The notes beneath the pieces are model-generated. The model did not search any database. It was not told the DNA's origin and was given only the letters and a program-made list of their open reading frames with translations. A program made the translations under genes and the position numbers. Shown one piece after another: positions 14,572 to 27,800 of a stretch of DNA of 60,365 bases. The number at the start of each line of letters is the position of its first letter. The stretch's first letter is position 1. This DNA comes from Trichoplax sp. H2 (lineage: Eukaryota): positions 62,001 through 122,365 of the forward strand of contig NOWV01000213.1 of the NCBI GenBank assembly GCA_003344405.1, written 5' to 3'.

Positions 14572-17500
14572 TTTTTTCTTGGAACTAGTAGACGTTGAAA
14601 AAATGTCTAGACGTTTAGAATTTTTTTTTTCAAGGGTTACATAACCCACTAAATGAGCTATGTTGATGCGTATTCCAACTGACTTCTTGGATAAACTTTG
14701 GATTGAATGATAAGAGTAAACCGATAATGATTCTAATAGCAATTTTGGGGTTCGTCGAAGATGTGAATGTCCGTTGCCGGAGCAGCCGGTTGGAATGTTC
14801 GTACAGTACAGTAGCGCAGTGTACTATCAGGTCTACTTTTGCACTAATGGCTAGAATGAAATTAAAGGGACGCTTAAGTACTGTAAAAAAAAACGACGAG
14901 CGAGTCCTGCAGTGCTGGAATACTGTATACTTTACAGTACATTGTACTGCAAACTCTTTATCAATCTTGTCCTTGTACGGTACTTTACAGTACTGTAAAT
15001 TCCAAGCCGGACTTCCGGAAGGTTGATACATAGTTTACAGAAATGCTTGCATGTTCATTAGTTCATTTTAGACTATTCTCGTATGGTCTAATGTTAATAG
15101 TAATGATGAACTGGTGTACTGTATAGCGATGGCGACCGTATGCTGTATTCAGAACACTTGGGTCTCTAAAATGCATTCCATGATAGACCAGAAAAATTTG
15201 TTTATAATGAAAGGAAACTGACGTCTTGTACACATGGTGTAATGTTTTGCAAAGAAGCCATGTATTGTACCTTGGAAAAGGTACAGTTGCACCCCACTCC
15301 ATCACTTATTTACTGCAATTTCATTTACTGTAAAGTGATCGACTTAAAAATAGTAACTTGTGCCCTACTATTCAATATGGTAAGAGGGAATACAAAACCA
15401 ATTGCATTACAATGCAAGTAGTAAATTATTCGCCTACACATTACGCAGATACCGGCTCAATTATTGAATCGCGTTTAACTTCAAGCTACTGTACTAGACC
15501 GTTCACTCATGACAGAACATACTTGAGCTTTATCGATAGCTAGTGATCACGCAAACCTTAGTGAAAACTAGTTTATTGGTAACATTTATTATATCATCCG
15601 TCCGCCCATAAATTTATTTCGTATTCAAATAATAACTCTACTCAATATACAGTATTCCTAAAACAATAGACCGTTACCGTCACTTTTGTATACTGTAGTA
15701 TGCAATACTGTCTACGATAGCACTGCATGAGGTAAAGTGGGAAGGAAGCGCGCCAATATTACAGTAAATTCAACATTCCAATGTTGATCAATAATAATAC
15801 TATTCATAAAGAAATAAATCGATGAAAATTATTTGACGGTTTACAAGCGATCAGGTGATTTTTTGACTTGTTGACATTTCAATCACTGCAATACAAGCTT
15901 TTGTATCTATAGTATACAGCATTATTATTGATGTTCAAACTGGAGAATATTTATAAGAACTTTAAGAAAAAATGTTATACCAACTCGTGACAGAGATGTT
16001 ATTATAGCATTGCTGCTATTCAACAGTGGATAAACTAATCAATAGATTATCAAGATTTGCATCTTGTATGAACGGAACTTTAAAGTGTTTCAACCACAAA
16101 AAAATCAGAATAGCAATTGATTTATTAGTATATTATTTAACAATTCTTCTTACAAGATTAATAATCTTGTACAATTAAAGTTTAAAGACAGAGATGACGT
16201 GAAGTCGCGAATGCCATCCTGTTTTATTCAGTAGACCATTCTTCCTACATAATTGCAGATTCAAAGTTTCTAAGAATTCGCATTTACAGTCCGAAAAATT
16301 AACAAATGCGCAAACACATAGCACCGCTCCTACGTTCAATATTATCGTGTTTATTCAAACGTATGAATTATGGTCATGATCTGTATAGAATGGTAGTCAT
16401 AGCTTAGAAGTTATTCTGACCAATTAGTTAATTATGAACTACTGGGCAGAAAACGAACTGCATAATATAATATTGATCAAATTCAAACACTCATTATAGG
16501 TCAGTAATAGCTGTTTACTTAGATATAGTGACACTTACAAGCCTACTCTTGAGAATCTGAGACATGATTGTTGATTACGGTAGAGTAGCTCAGTCAATAA
16601 CAGGTAATTAGATCATTTGTTGCCATTTTTATTGATACAAGCACATACATGTGAATAAATGAAAATCTAATCAACATTTGACGTCAGAAAGGAACTATGT
16701 CAATGCTGGCTAATCATTTGATGGTTATTATTAAGTATCATCTGATCATATTTATTTCACGGACTACAAAGCAGGCACTGTTCAGTCATAATTGTCGAAT
16801 AATTACTGTATGGTACCGTTGGTACGAGTACCTGTTTGCTTGGAATAACCAGGTAATGCCTCATTATTTTAAGACTGTCAATTGTTTATCGAAATTGACT
16901 AATAATATACAAAAAGTGATGGCCCTTCAAGTAGCAATTGCAACATGGCTGAAGTCAAGATCGTAGCTGAATCACTGCCTAGCGTAAGTTATGCATAAAG
17001 TTACTCCTCCTTCCTATGCCGAAAATAAAAATTTTATCCATGTTTGATGGCAATTTAATTGTGGTGTGGTTCTTTATTCGGACAAGATGCAGTTGGACTT
17101 TACGGAGAAAGTGTATTTTTGGCGAAAGCTTTTGGCGTTCTGCCTTGCAATTACTAGACATTTACCAAGGATATCAATATCTTAATTCTTTTGATCCTAT
17201 CACCTGATCGTAAGAATGAATTTCCAAGTGGTAAATTTTTTATGTTACATGGCAATTGTAATGAAATCTTTCGATAGAAGGAGGGAAGCTATCTTTCAAC
17301 GATTAGAATGCACGTGAAATATTTGAAAGCATGTGATCAGAAAATAGAGAGTAAATTATGTATCTATAAATATTTATACTTGATTAATAAAAGTAGAAAT
17401 AGATTCTAAACTCATCATCTTGTAGCACCTTTCACCTTTTACTGTACTTTCATGAATTTTTTTGGATGTAGTCATAATACTCGTACCGTAGCTTTATAAC

Positions 17501-18597
17501 ACTTGTACAATAATTTTTATTCTTATCACCATGTAATTACATTATTTTTAACAATTTATAATTACTGTATGCATTATTGTATATATAATTTATAGAATCG
17601 CTTTCGATAAATAATAAGACTTGGCGTGTGTTTGTAAGATAAATAACAACAATTGTTGTACTGCGAAGAAACTAGTCAGCCACTGTCAATAATATCCGAA
17701 TAGACAAAATTACGTACACTTTATTACAATGCTTGCACGCATAATTCACTATTATGCTAATATTAATTGCAATAAGAAAGCCCATTTTATACAACAGCCA
17801 TTGACATACTGATAATGTATAATATTTTGTGAATAACCACTTATTCTTGCGATAGCTAGTTGAAGTGTATGTTCTTAAGAAATAAAGCAAAAAATTTTGG
17901 TGTAGAATGCCAAAGCTTGATCAAGAAGTCTACGGTATCTCATATTCCTAGCCATCATACCGGTATATTTAGTCTAAATTCTTCTGTAGTACGTGTTTAG
18001 CAGTTTTCGCCAAGGCGGTCAAGATGCACATAAGTGTATAACCGGTACTTACTGAATGAACATCCATTAATTTGTAAATCGTGACTTGTTTTATATAACA
18101 GTAAATTCAGTCTTTCAATATACTTCTAAAAAGGTGCTCACACAATTCATGAGAATTTAATTTTACAATACAGATCACAATTCATGTTTTCACTTTTATA
18201 AACATAACTACGGAACCATTCAATAAGCAATAGGCCATGCTTCCTATGAAATCTTTTCCTTCACTATGTATAAATATATATCTTATAATCCTAGAACAAT
18301 ACGAATGCTTCCTGCCTACAGTACTTTACTAATACGAATTAAACAAAGAACTGGATACATAAAGGTAGAAAGTTAGTCAACCATAGGAAAATTGCGCGCA
18401 TACGGCCAATGAGTCATAGTTGCTTGTCGTCACACAACTAACTACCCGCGTAATAACGCAAGAAACTCCTCTTCATATGATACAGTACGATCATTCAGTC
18501 AAGTTCAAAAAGCTATTTGGAATAGCAGTTAAAGATCGCCAACCTTTTCCTAATATCCATATGATCCGAAAAAACAGCAAATTAATCTCTTAAGCCG

Positions 18598-21500
18598 ATG
18601 ATGGCTTCAAACGTTCGTGATCTTTATCAGGTAGCATGTCAGAGCTATGATGAAAATTACTTTGCTGAAGCTAATTCAGGTTTCGAGGAAGTTATAAAAT
18701 CCATCAGAGGAGAAACTCCAGATGCTGATTTACTGCAAATGAAGTTCGATAGCTATTTATATATTTCCAAATACTATGGCCTACGAGGAGATTTAGAAAA
18801 AGCCAAAAATGCCTACCGCAACGCTCACAATATCTATCAAGTGTTCGTTCAATCAGTGGGAAATTGTCACGGAAAATGTAACATAAATAAAGTCGATGAA
18901 TTAAAAGCTAGCCTGGCCAAAGTTGTAAAAAATCTGAACTCCAATTTAAAACGTTCATCGCAAGATGTAATTAAGGCCAATATCTATGCCTACTTAGGAG
19001 CTGTATATGAATGCCAATCCAGATATTATGAAGCTTGTTCTAATTATTATAAAGCATATGAAATAAAGAAAAATATTCTAGGCGCAAACAGCGATGCTGT
19101 TACCCAGTTGTTAGTTTACATTCAGTCCCTTCGTTCATGCCAGTCAAATTTTACCAACACTTTGCAAAACAATCAACAGCAGCGTGGTAACTACGAAAAA
19201 CCAAGTGAAACTACTGATGAAAAAGTAACACTTTTAGAAAATAAAACAGTCTGCAAAGAGACTGAAGCAAACCCTCAGAATACATCAGTTGGCAACCATA
19301 TGAAGCAATTAGGAACAGAGAATCGATTGAATCAAATAAATATCAACTATAATACTGCTAGGTGTTCTTCAGCATCACAGCCGGATCATTTTCGCGGTAT
19401 AGTACAAAATTCATCATTCTATCTATATTTTGATTTTATTTGTCTTTTTTTTTCACCTTATATAAATATACTCATAGAACACTTTTTCATCAAGAATTTG
19501 CTGTCTTAACAGACTGTAAATTGCATAAATTAATAGTAGAAAACTGAATAACTAAATACTAGTTTATGTGTATACAGCACGAACAATATTTATGGATCTA
19601 GATTCAACATAAATAATTAAAATTGACTTATACGCAGGGAGAGTTAATTAACACGCGTACAGTTACTATTTATATAGTGCTACACTCATGTACTGGTACC
19701 GCATTGCAGTGATTATTCCAACTTGACCACTACTATCTAACACTTTCAATGATATCTTGCCGGAAAAATTAATTTTGTGTAACATTTACTACTCGAGGAT
19801 TTTATTTATGCAATATTCTCAGCAATGCTTAATATCCAACTTGCGAATACCGTCATGGGCAGCTAGAATTACTGTACTTTATCTACTGTAGTAGTCGGTG
19901 AAACAGTATAAATGCAGAATTACTTTTGTTAATTAACAACTTCTGTGAGAGAATACGAGTAATTACGGTATCTTCTGTATTTAATATCATACCAGTTCCA
20001 GTAATCCACCAAACGATTAGAGCCGAATTATACCTTACTATCTGCTCGATTTATATCTCTAAGGTTTAAATAGCACATCTACCCAGCAAGATTTTGGTGA
20101 AAGCATTGCACGGACTAGTACATGTGTGAATCCTGCTCTATGTCGACCATCCATACAATCTGAAACCACTACTGAATCAGATGGACGCTTCGAATTTCAT
20201 TCTCATCTTTTAGTTTTATCGCAGGATATATTTAATGTGAAATTAAAATTCGTGAGACTGGGCCACGTAGATGAATCTAAACCTTTCCCTTCAAAATTGA
20301 GATATTTAAAGGTTGAAAACAATTTCATGGAATACATTACACTAAATGATAGAGATAGTTATGGAATACGATTTGTACCAAGTTGTTTAATATTGAATGA
20401 GTTGGCAAGTGAAAAAAATAATCTGGACAGACCTCTTACACGAGATAGTAAGGACATTATCACTATTACTTTACGATGCAAGATACAAGACAACCCCAAG
20501 GACTATGCAGAATTATGCCAGATCTTCATTATAAATTCCCTAAATACAGTGATCAAGTCGTGCTTCCTTTACAAGGTAAGATGCTCGTATCAGAACTAGG
20601 GCTAATGTGAACTTTTTGAATCGGATTCTTTACTGAATTCTCTTATCCTGTAATATATCTTTTTCGCAACAACAGCCAGATGATGCTATCTTTGATCGCC
20701 CAGTTGAGAAATCATCTAAAAAAGGTAAATATTTGCTTCTCAAATAACTGACTAGTCAATCTACGCTTTATGCCGCAGACGCGTACAGTAAAACTTGATA
20801 ACTATTATGAACAAAAATATTGTTGATATCCATTATAATTAATTATAATTACTGTACAAGTGTACATCCGAGTTTTATTTGCTAACTGAGTACGGCATGT
20901 ATTTAGTACTTCGTAATAGTATATTTCCAGCTAGATGTCTAAGCACCGACATTTAATGGTACCGTTGCATTATGATTCTTAATAGTTAGCTGACAATAAA
21001 AACAAACTTGTGACACTGTTTCTTCAAATTATTATCATTATAATTTGTCACAAAGTAGTTTATGGAGTTTTGTTTCGATACTTTGAATAAATTATAACTT
21101 AATGAGTGAGTTAATAATATGCTCAACGTAGACGACGTTAACGAGCTGCAAAACATCATTAACAGATAATTTCCTTCGCTTCAACGTTATTCCATCTCAA
21201 ATACGAAGAAACCGTTATGTTCCCTCGTTCGACACTAGGTCAATCACGTAATACTAGGTTAGACACCGCAAAGTAGCCGGAAGCTTAGAGTCCACTTTTT
21301 ATTCTAGGTTATTGTAATATTGTGCTACTTCCAACGCTACTGTATCTAATCACACAAGAAGATTTGCCCTCTCTGTAGCGGTTAAAAATAGTTTATTACT
21401 TAAAATACTACTGTTGAATTTTACAGTAGTAGAATTTCAGATGACGTAATTAGGCACACACAACTAGCTCAAGACTATCGACCCACTCCTACTCCAAGGA

Positions 21501-24500
21501 GTGGGCCTTTCATACATTTCTAGAAACGATTAATGATAAACATGTTTACCCAATCCCTATTTCAGTCAATTCAAGTAATATCTTTTTTTAGCTTCCTATA
21601 CTACTCCTTTTTCTAATTTATATTTAATATGGGTCTTGCAAGTGCAAGACCCCAAGCTACGTATGATTGTCATTCCTCACTTTGGGCCAATCATACTTCA
21701 TTTACTGACACGAGCCGGTGCCACTTATCAAGACGCCATGCAGTCCCACTTTAGCAGTAAGACTAACATCCCTAGCATTATCCACTAATAATCCACTAGG
21801 CCTATAATACCTGATAGAGTGCCTCTAATATAAAAACACCGCTACTCTACTATCTCAATGAAACATTATATTTTCAACAACGCTGACTGTGAGCCGGTGA
21901 CGTGGGAATTCGTTCTGTCGTCCCGGAATAGTAAATTTAGCCACAAGATATATTTTTCGAAACGTGTCGTCAATTATCAGTTCGTAAAACCAGATCAATG
22001 CTTGACCTAGTTATCCTTTGAGATCATTGCAATGTTATATCTCGTATTATCTAGCACCTATACGAAATCCAATCGAAGATTCGAAGATTAATAAATTGGA
22101 ATATGAGCAGTCCAATTCTAACTGGGCGACTAAATGTCAATTTAATACTAAACAGTTTCTAGGATGCTTCTTTCATGTTATGACTATGTAATATAACTGC
22201 ATAATAATTACGTAATAATTGCAACTCTCTGTTCATTAATTAACTTAATCAATTTCCATTTCAATTACAAATTTACCAAATGAAAAGAAGAACCTAATCG
22301 GACAAAGACCACTACAGAGCAAGGTTAGGACTACGCCATTATGTAAATTAAGCCATGACTGAAAAGTGGCATACAAGTTACAGTACGGTGTACAGTAGGC
22401 CCAACCATAATAACCCCGATTACTCAGATACTCAGCGTAAATAGCTTAGCTTAAACGATGATACATTATTCTAATAGTGTACAGTAAAATAGCCATGTTG
22501 GCGGCATTTAAATTCATCATTTATTCTACCGATTTTAAGCTAATTCATGATCATGAAAGAAAGTAAAACTCTGCCAAGCTTACTCGGAAATATTTTTATT
22601 CATCTTGAGCCTGCTATTAACAACGCACTTCATTGATCATTGATTGTGTAGTTTACAGTTAGTAGCCACAACCGTTTTTACACTTCGGCTAAGAACAGCC
22701 GGACAGTATGGTACTCGTACAAAACGCAAAGTACCGTCCTATACAGTACTGTATGAAACCTAGTCATGCCCCTACACAAGAGAAAATTTTTCCCCACGCC
22801 GCTGATGCTTTAGTGTTCCATAACTGAAATTTTAGTGGTTTAATTTAATAATCAAGTGCAAAACTGGCCGGTCTACTGTGCAGTGCACTAATAAGGCAAA
22901 AGGAATAACCAGTTAAATTATTGTAAAAAAGAAAGCCGTCAGCGCAGCGACGGGCTTGCAGCTACAGTAATCTCCGGCATTTTGTACTTATATTATAGTA
23001 CCTGTTGCTGAAACCAGTCATTCAGTAATTATAAAATGGCTGAGTGTATACTGTAGTGTAGTGTACACTGTACACTAGTGTACAGTACTGTACTGTACGT
23101 GTACGAACGGCGGCTATGGATGGACAGAAAGATGGAGCTATCTGAAAGACTTACTTTCCGGTGACATTATAGGCTATAGCCAACAGGTAGGTTTAGTTTT
23201 GAAGGCACTTTTGATACAATCCAAATCGATCAAAACTAAACCTACCTGCTAACACAGTTCAATTCTATCAAAACTAAACCTACCTGTTGACACAGTGCAA
23301 TTCTATCAAAACGAAACCTACCTGTTGGTCGAACGATAAGCCTGGATGATTCTTACTTACATTTAGTAAAATTGATAAATACTAGTTTACAAATAAAAAT
23401 ACACCACCTAACCGCGAAATGAATACTGTAGTTAATACAATCTACCGTTGCTACACACTTGACACAAATGGTGCACTTTGACCGAATCAGATACACGTAT
23501 TTATGTTAATCTATACTGTATATTATTATTATGGATGATAGTGATGGCCAGATGTCGGGCATTGGCCGTAACATGCATATCACTGTATTTCGTGAAATTT
23601 TTATCCGTGATTCTATTTTACTTTTCAGTTGTAAATTTAGTGCCACAACTACTAAACCTAGTTCTCATCGGGGTATAGATTAAGATTAATCAATTATATT
23701 GATTAGTGTCACACACCACTAGTAACAAAGTAGTCTACACACGCCAATCCTTGCGGAGAACGCCACTTACTAACTTAAGAGGCGAGATTAGCTATATCAC
23801 CAAATAATTCAGTTCCAACGACCGAATACTATGGTATAATTATAGCGTCACAGATAACAATTAGTGAGTAACTTGCTACGGTAATTGACTTTCATACAAA
23901 GGAAGGTCCTTAATTATAACGATTTGTATCTTTAGGCGCTTTATTCTTAATTTGTACAATTGGATATATCAATTGAAAGGCGATTTCAAATATTTACCTT
24001 ACCAGTCTACGCTGGTTGAAAGCTCTTGTAGTACCACAGTATCAAATTTGTTCTAAATTTTATATGCACTATATACATTTACTTGCAAGATTATTGATGG
24101 TACAATCTTGAGTAACGGATTACACACAGTAGTCTACTCTTACCGCATTGTTGAATTACTTTACGACCTCTGATCTCAAGTGCTATTCAATGTCCGATCG
24201 ATTCAAATAGGATACAGGTCACGTAGAATGATGGTCTATTAGCATTAACTATCAAGTTTAACCCCGAAAACCTGTAGCAATCTTTTCAATAACGAACAGC
24301 ACTTTTGAATAATAAACTAATCTGAATACCTCTTTTTACGGAAGCTTCTCAGAAATCGCTCTGTCGCTTAGTCTAATTATATGTTTCAATATTGTTGCGT
24401 TAAGTTGATTTGCAACTGATCTGTAATAGTTTAGTCAAATTGATGGTCAGAACGATTAAACTTAAACTCCTACTATACAGGATTATATTAACAGCTCAAG

Positions 24501-24814
24501 TGAAATATTTTTTATTGCATCTAATTCTAGCCCAAAAAGCATTAAGTGACCGTAGCAAAGAATTTTGTAGAATAGTCCCTGTAGACGAAATCATAGGACA
24601 ACTGAAAAATGATGGAATTATAAGTGATCATCAAGGTAAAGAACTGAAGATCTTGAAGCATGACTCAGATAAACGGGACCAACTGTTAACTATACTAAAG
24701 AAGGAAAGGAGCGGAGAAGATTTTGAGAAATTTTGCGATGTACTTACCGAGAATTCTGTCACAACTGTTCAGAAATTTGGGAAGAAATTAAGAGAAGCAG
24801 CAGCAAACTATTGA
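18598..24814 (+). CDS. Gene C: TPR-like - polar linker - UPA-like - CARD protein (~547 aa), no ZU5
   Basis: Exons 18598-19396, 20064-20575, 20676-20724 and 24531-24814; GT-AG introns, phases 1,0,1; 1644 nt in frame. TPR motif 'ANIYAYLGAVYECQSRYYEACSNYYKAYEIKKNILG'. Linking the last exon across the 3.8-kb intron is inferred from phase compatibility. Confidence 0.78.
21412..21879 (+). mobile_element. Possible old solo-LTR-like remnant inside intron 3 of gene C
   Basis: Termini TGTTGAA...TTCAACA form a 7-bp inverted repeat, with an internal TATAAAA and hairpins (cccactcct/aggagtggg). The flanks actac/acgct are not a clean target-site duplication (TSD). Confidence 0.25.
22933..22968 (+). mobile_element. 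Helitron-like 3' terminal hairpin (possible non-autonomous Helitron end)
   Basis: GC-rich hairpin aagccgtc-agcgcagc-gacgggctt followed a few nt later by ctac(a)gt, a degenerate CTRR. This matches the known Helitron 3' end layout. The 5' end is not defined. Confidence 0.3.
23180..23328. repeat. MITE-like foldback: one inverted copy plus three 38-bp tandem copies of (a)tcaaaactaaacctacctg
   Basis: 23180-23202 ccaacaggtaggtttagttttga is the near reverse complement of the units starting at 23229, 23267 and 23305 (period 38 bp). The element ends in cctacctgttgg. Confidence 0.8.
24531..24814 (+). CDS. CARD (death-fold) exon, last exon of gene C
   Basis: Acceptor ctaattctag; 'VPVDEIIGQLKNDGIISD...KRDQLLTILKKERSGEDFEKFCDVL' follows the six-helix CARD pattern (established family knowledge). 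Confidence 0.85.
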
Positions 24815-27800
24815 TTTCCATTTCATTCCGCTGTATTTTGTAACATATTTTCTACGATTCGATACATTACAAATATATTGCCAGAAAACAAGTTTCAGAG
24901 ATTATTTTGTGTCGTTATAAAATTGTCTGCAGAGGATTACAACGATCTGCACAACTTTGCAAGTGCTACAGCGTACACTGTACTTTCAGCTTAGTATGCA
25001 CCATAATTTATATTTGTATGCGGTAACCGTCAGTTAAGTATACCGTTTAGCATAGTTAACCTGCTGGAATAGATGGCATAATTTTATAATCTTAGAATCA
25101 TCAGAATTTAGTGTTAATAATGAAGTACTTGGTCAAGGCAATCGTGATCTTCACTTGCTGCACATGAATTAGCAAATAAAATGTTTTAAAACAATATCAC
25201 TTATTCATAAATACGCTATCGAAGCGAATCGATCACATAGAAGATCTAATAATACATAAAACAATAAACAACCACATCGACATAAGAAGGGTCTAATGAA
25301 ACTTATCAAAGCCATTAAATAGCTACTACTTGATGTCTGTCCTAAGGTCATTTTTATATTGATGATTATAATTCTGAAACAGCGTCTATTTAAAGTCTCA
25401 TTATTTCACTGTTAGGATATAACCGATCATGAAGTTCTAAAATTCGTAGAAAAGTAGAATTTTGTTAGTCCTATATATAAATATAACTTACGTACAGCTG
25501 TACTCTAGCTGAATACAATTACTTGAAAGGCTTCTAGGCAGAACAACCAAATAATTTAAAGTTGGCTGTTTACATACTCTTTGCAGCAGTTGCAGACACA
25601 ATTTGCTTTAGCATCATTTTACATTATTTTACATTTATTTAGGCTATTACCATTAGCAATGTTTTACTACAGACTATCTATAATCCGACATAATAACTGC
25701 TACAGTTATTACGTTGACATTATTTCTATCAGCCAAAGTACGATGAACTAATCATATTCTAATAAATGAGTTACGGGTACTTATCTATTTTCCCTTCTAG
25801 CATCAATAGTAACTCAACTCTTTATTCTATTCGCATATAGTCATCTGTTTTCTAACATAGAATCTTCTGTAATAGTCTATCACTAGGAGCTACTAAAGAA
25901 GATTTATGATAAATATAGAGCCACAAAGCTGTACCATACATTATACTAATTATGGTTAATAGTCTACAATGCCGTAGTAAGTAACTTTACTACTAGTTAA
26001 CCTTAATATTATAAAAAGCGACTAATGAGTTATTTGGCATAGTTCTATTGGTTCTTCTAGTAATGTACTAACGATTACGCTGTATTATTTACTATCAAGT
26101 TGATACTTGTATAGCAAACATCATGTTACCTCAATAAAGTACTCTTATTGCAATAGATTTCGTTTTCGCATAATTTCATTCATCAAGAGCGCCTAATATT
26201 AATTATAATACCGAACACGAATCGGACACTACCGCACTTCTGGGAAAAGATTTTATCTCTAGATAAGTAGATCTGATATCAACAATCCAAAGGAATTACA
26301 TTAGAATTTCCAATAAGATTCAGAAGTGATTTCTTCAGACAGAGATCTTGATGGACATAAAGCATCAACCATTCTGCTAAGAAGAAGCAATTACTGCTTC
26401 CCTACTAATATTTACTATAGCTAGGATGCGTAAGCATTATCAATATCCTAGTGTTTGAGAGTATCACCAATGTGCATATACTTAGATAGTTCATTGTTAA
26501 ATCGTTTATAGGCAAAAATATTTATCTCGTATGGGATTTTAATAAGTATCCAATTTAATAACATACGGCGTCCACAAAATACTGTACCGTTTATATCATG
26601 GTCTTGAAATATACTCTTGCATGTGCATTATGATGATATACCATATGGACTACGTTAGATACTGATCTGTTGTAGATAAAGGGGTTGCTACTACAAATAA
26701 AGAACTTATTTTTTTCGCGCATAGCGCTAAAATCGTGTCTGTTATTTGTGATCTAGCGCAGAAATCTAAACTACATACTTAGTCGGTGCCATATGACTAA
26801 TATGTGTCAAATGAATAATTCGGGCCATAAGTCAACGTGCATACCACCAACTTTGAAAGCCAATTTATAAGTAAAATATTTATTTATCTGATACCCTAAC
26901 TATCCCTTCCCATAATGTAGTTGTAATAAATCTACATATATGATCAAGTGACATTGTGCAGCCACTTTGGCAATTAATTAGCTGTAGTAGTCATATAATT
27001 ATCACTGTGGAGTCTATTCCGACTAAGAATTTCTCTGTACTCTTTAAATTGCAGCATTTAGCGTTAAAACTGATACTACTTTTCATATAACAGTATATTT
27101 CGACTTAGACAAACATAAAATTTTAATGTGACTAATTTACATTTATTTACATTGTTGTCTAAGTAACTACTGCAACTTAGTGATCAATGCCAGATGCCTC
27201 AATTTGTTGATTAGAATTATTGTTTTACGCACTATTAAGAAATCAGTATGTACCAAACTTTTGACTTCGAGAATAATTAGTGATTAGGTTGACCGTTATA
27301 GTTAACAAATATTTATTTTACTTTAAATGATGTCTTTTTTATCTGCTAGTTTTAGTAAAAATTTCAACCTGCGAATAGAAGAATTATAAGTGATTTTGAA
27401 CATTTAAGTACCGATAAACATTTAAGCACTAAGCATAATTACTGGAGAATAAGCATGAGTAGTTCATATATAAGATTCTATTATTAAACGATTACCAAAA
27501 CTATACCTTATACTAGGATATGTATACCGTACAGTGTTAGTCGCTATGCCAAGAATATTCACAAGTGCACCATCGGCGTTGGCCGAGACTATAAAAAGCC
27601 GAGTACTAGCTTAGCTGCTCAGTTCCAGTTAGTCACTTGCAGGATCTTTTAACTATTATTGCTAAGAATATTCTTGCGTTTTTCTCTAGTACATTTTACG
27701 ACTAAGATTAACGAAAATAAAGTGAAGTATTTATACCTAAGTTAGTTGGGAACACGAGTACTAGTGAAGATAGTGTTTAAGACCCGTTTTCTAGTTGCAA

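Noticed and set aside
14572..14742. N-terminal extension of track ORF 13750-14742
   Set aside because: It starts at a non-ATG codon. Similarity to gene C begins near ATG 14571, so the extension is probably 5' UTR.
15063..17890. Short track ORFs in the B-C intergenic centre, including a faint 'FNCGVVLY' glycosyltransferase-like peptide
   Set aside because: No consistent exon structure or convincing motif set; ORFs of 60-90 aa are expected by chance.
23229..23328. Regularly spaced direct repeats resembling a mini CRISPR array
   Set aside because: The intervening sequences are nearly identical to each other (acacagttcaattct / acacagtgcaattct), so this is a tandem repeat. The context is eukaryotic and there are no cas genes.
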